A DNA stretch of 63,984 nt, counting the filler, from a bacterium (lineage in GTDB: Bacteria > UBA9089 > CG2-30-40-21 > SBAY01), in the NCBI GenBank assembly GCA_040757115.1. It is 14 parts of 14 records of this genome, joined end to end, with 100 filler letters (N's around TTAATTAATTAA, not from the genome) between each part and the next. Parts side by side here need not be neighbours in the genome. Positions count along the whole stretch, not along the records: positions 59,689 to 63,984 come from JBFLYA010000293.1; 13 more parts are not named here. The stretch is one strand, 5' to 3'. This document shows, piece by piece, positions 62,941 to 63,984 of the stretch. How positions within the stretch are numbered: position 1 is the stretch's first letter; each line of letters begins with the position of its first letter. Below the pieces are notes generated by a model, which ran no database searches, had not been told where the DNA came from, and worked only from the letters and a program-made list of their open reading frames with translations. The translations under genes were made by a program, and so were the position numbers.

Positions 62941-63570
62941 ATGCAGTTTTTAGACCCACTTGATTCTATCCTTGGGCAGCGGTCTAAGGTCAGAATTTTA
63001 CGCTTTCTATTTGAAAAACCGGGTGATTTAACCGGTCGGGAAATTTCAAGAAAAGTTGGTTTATCCCACTTAAAAACTCACCAGGCCCTTCGTGAACTTT
63101 CACTCCATGGTATTACTGTCCCCAAAACTATTGGTCGGGCAATTTTATATAAACTTAATGAAGAAAATATGTTTGCTCGAGATATCTTAAGAACATTATT
63201 CAGGTCAGAAAAAGAATTAGTCTTAAAACTAACTGAAATATTGACAAATAGACTTCGGGTATTTGTAGAATCAATAGTTTTATATGGCAATATTCTGCAC
63301 AATGGACAGGAATCAGATTCCAGTATTGACCTTTTGTTGGTGATTCGTGATGATATGAATCTAAGGGCAGTTGAGCAAGCGCTGGAATATACACAAGAGG
63401 AAGTCAGAAGAGCCTTTGGAAATTCCCTCAGTGTAAAAATATGGTTTATTAATGAACTTCGTGCCAAATATACTGAACAAGATGAATTTGCACTCCAGAT
63501 ATTAAAGATAGGAAAACTTATTTACGGTCGGGAATTAATTGATGTTATCCGAAGTGAAAAATGGAGTTAA
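62941..63570 (+). CDS. Winged-HTH + degenerate nucleotidyltransferase-like protein
   Basis: TGREISRKVG HTH; LYGN..DSSIDL in place of FGS..DxD. Confidence 0.65.
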   Translation: MQFLDPLDSILGQRSKVRILRFLFEKPGDLTGREISRKVGLSHLKTHQALRELSLHGITVPKTIGRAILYKLNEENMFARDILRTLFRSEKELVLKLTEILTNRLRVFVESIVLYGNILHNGQESDSSIDLLLVIRDDMNLRAVEQALEYTQEEVRRAFGNSLSVKIWFINELRAKYTEQDEFALQILKIGKLIYGRELIDVIRSEKWS

Positions 63571-63640
63571 TTAAACAGCAGAAAAAACTGTTGACAAAAG
63601 ATTATGTTTGTGTTAAAATTTTACTAATCGGGAGTTTTAT

Positions 63641-63947
63641 ACTCGATGTTCAAGTTTTTTAAAGGTATAAAGATTTAACCGCAAAGAGCGCAAAGGAAGG
63701 TTTCGCAAAGGACGCAAAGAAAGAAAAACAGGTCTATAAACGAAAACGAACTTTCAAATATTGTTAATTGCTTATAAATTTCAATGTATTAAGACTCAAG
63801 GAAGGAATTAAAAGGGTGATGAACAACCTATAATCTTTGCGTTCTTTGCGGTTGATTTCTTTGCGTTCTTTGCGGTTGATTTCTTTGCGTTCTTTGCGGT
63901 TAAAAAAGGATAAACCACTTAATCTTAAAAAAACTTGAATATCGAGT
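63641..63947. mobile_element. MITE, family H, with GxxExxY-type ends inside
   Basis: 20-bp TIR ACTCGATGTTCAAGTTTTTT / AAAAAACTTGAATATCGAGT; tat on both sides; aaccgcaaag / ctttgcggtt arrays. Confidence 0.75.
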
Positions 63948-63984
63948 TATACAAAGGTGTCTATCAAAGCAGACACCTTTTATT

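Noticed and set aside
1-63984. tRNA, rRNA, integrase or transposase genes
   Set aside because: None recognised by eye; a tRNAscan/Infernal/HMM scan would be needed to exclude them

Overview
The window is not one continuous locus. It is 14 short contigs (about 4.3-4.7 kb, in descending size order) of an AT-rich, probably diderm and uncultured bacterium, joined by 13 artificial 100-nt N44-TTAATTAATTAA-N44 linkers, with one further 100-N scaffold gap at 20662-20761. Adjacency across linkers means nothing. Housekeeping genes include cobU, thi4, mraZ, aroA, hom, rimI, relA/spoT, dprA, two HU/IHF genes, miaB and gspK. Four features stand out. (1) Contigs 3, 4 and 9 carry an integron-type cassette array with 11 attC or attC-like sites and no integrase in view. 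Its cargo is defence or toxin-antitoxin-like: WYL + dCTP deaminase, HNH, retropepsin, MNT-HEPN, HARE-HTH/GIY-YIG + SF2 helicase, RelE- and YoeB-type pairs, and ORF-less cassettes. (2) Intergenic DNA is filled with nested non-autonomous elements: several TIR families with 8-bp or 3-bp target duplications, REP-like hairpins, heptamer arrays, GxxExxY-type ends, and a tandem-forming element with a covarying hairpin site. Most contig ends lie in these repeats. (3) An FdhD-NadA fusion lies directly downstream of a sulfide-type thi4. (4) Five proteins share a T9SS-like C-terminal sorting domain. All calls come from reading motifs by eye; no database search was run.
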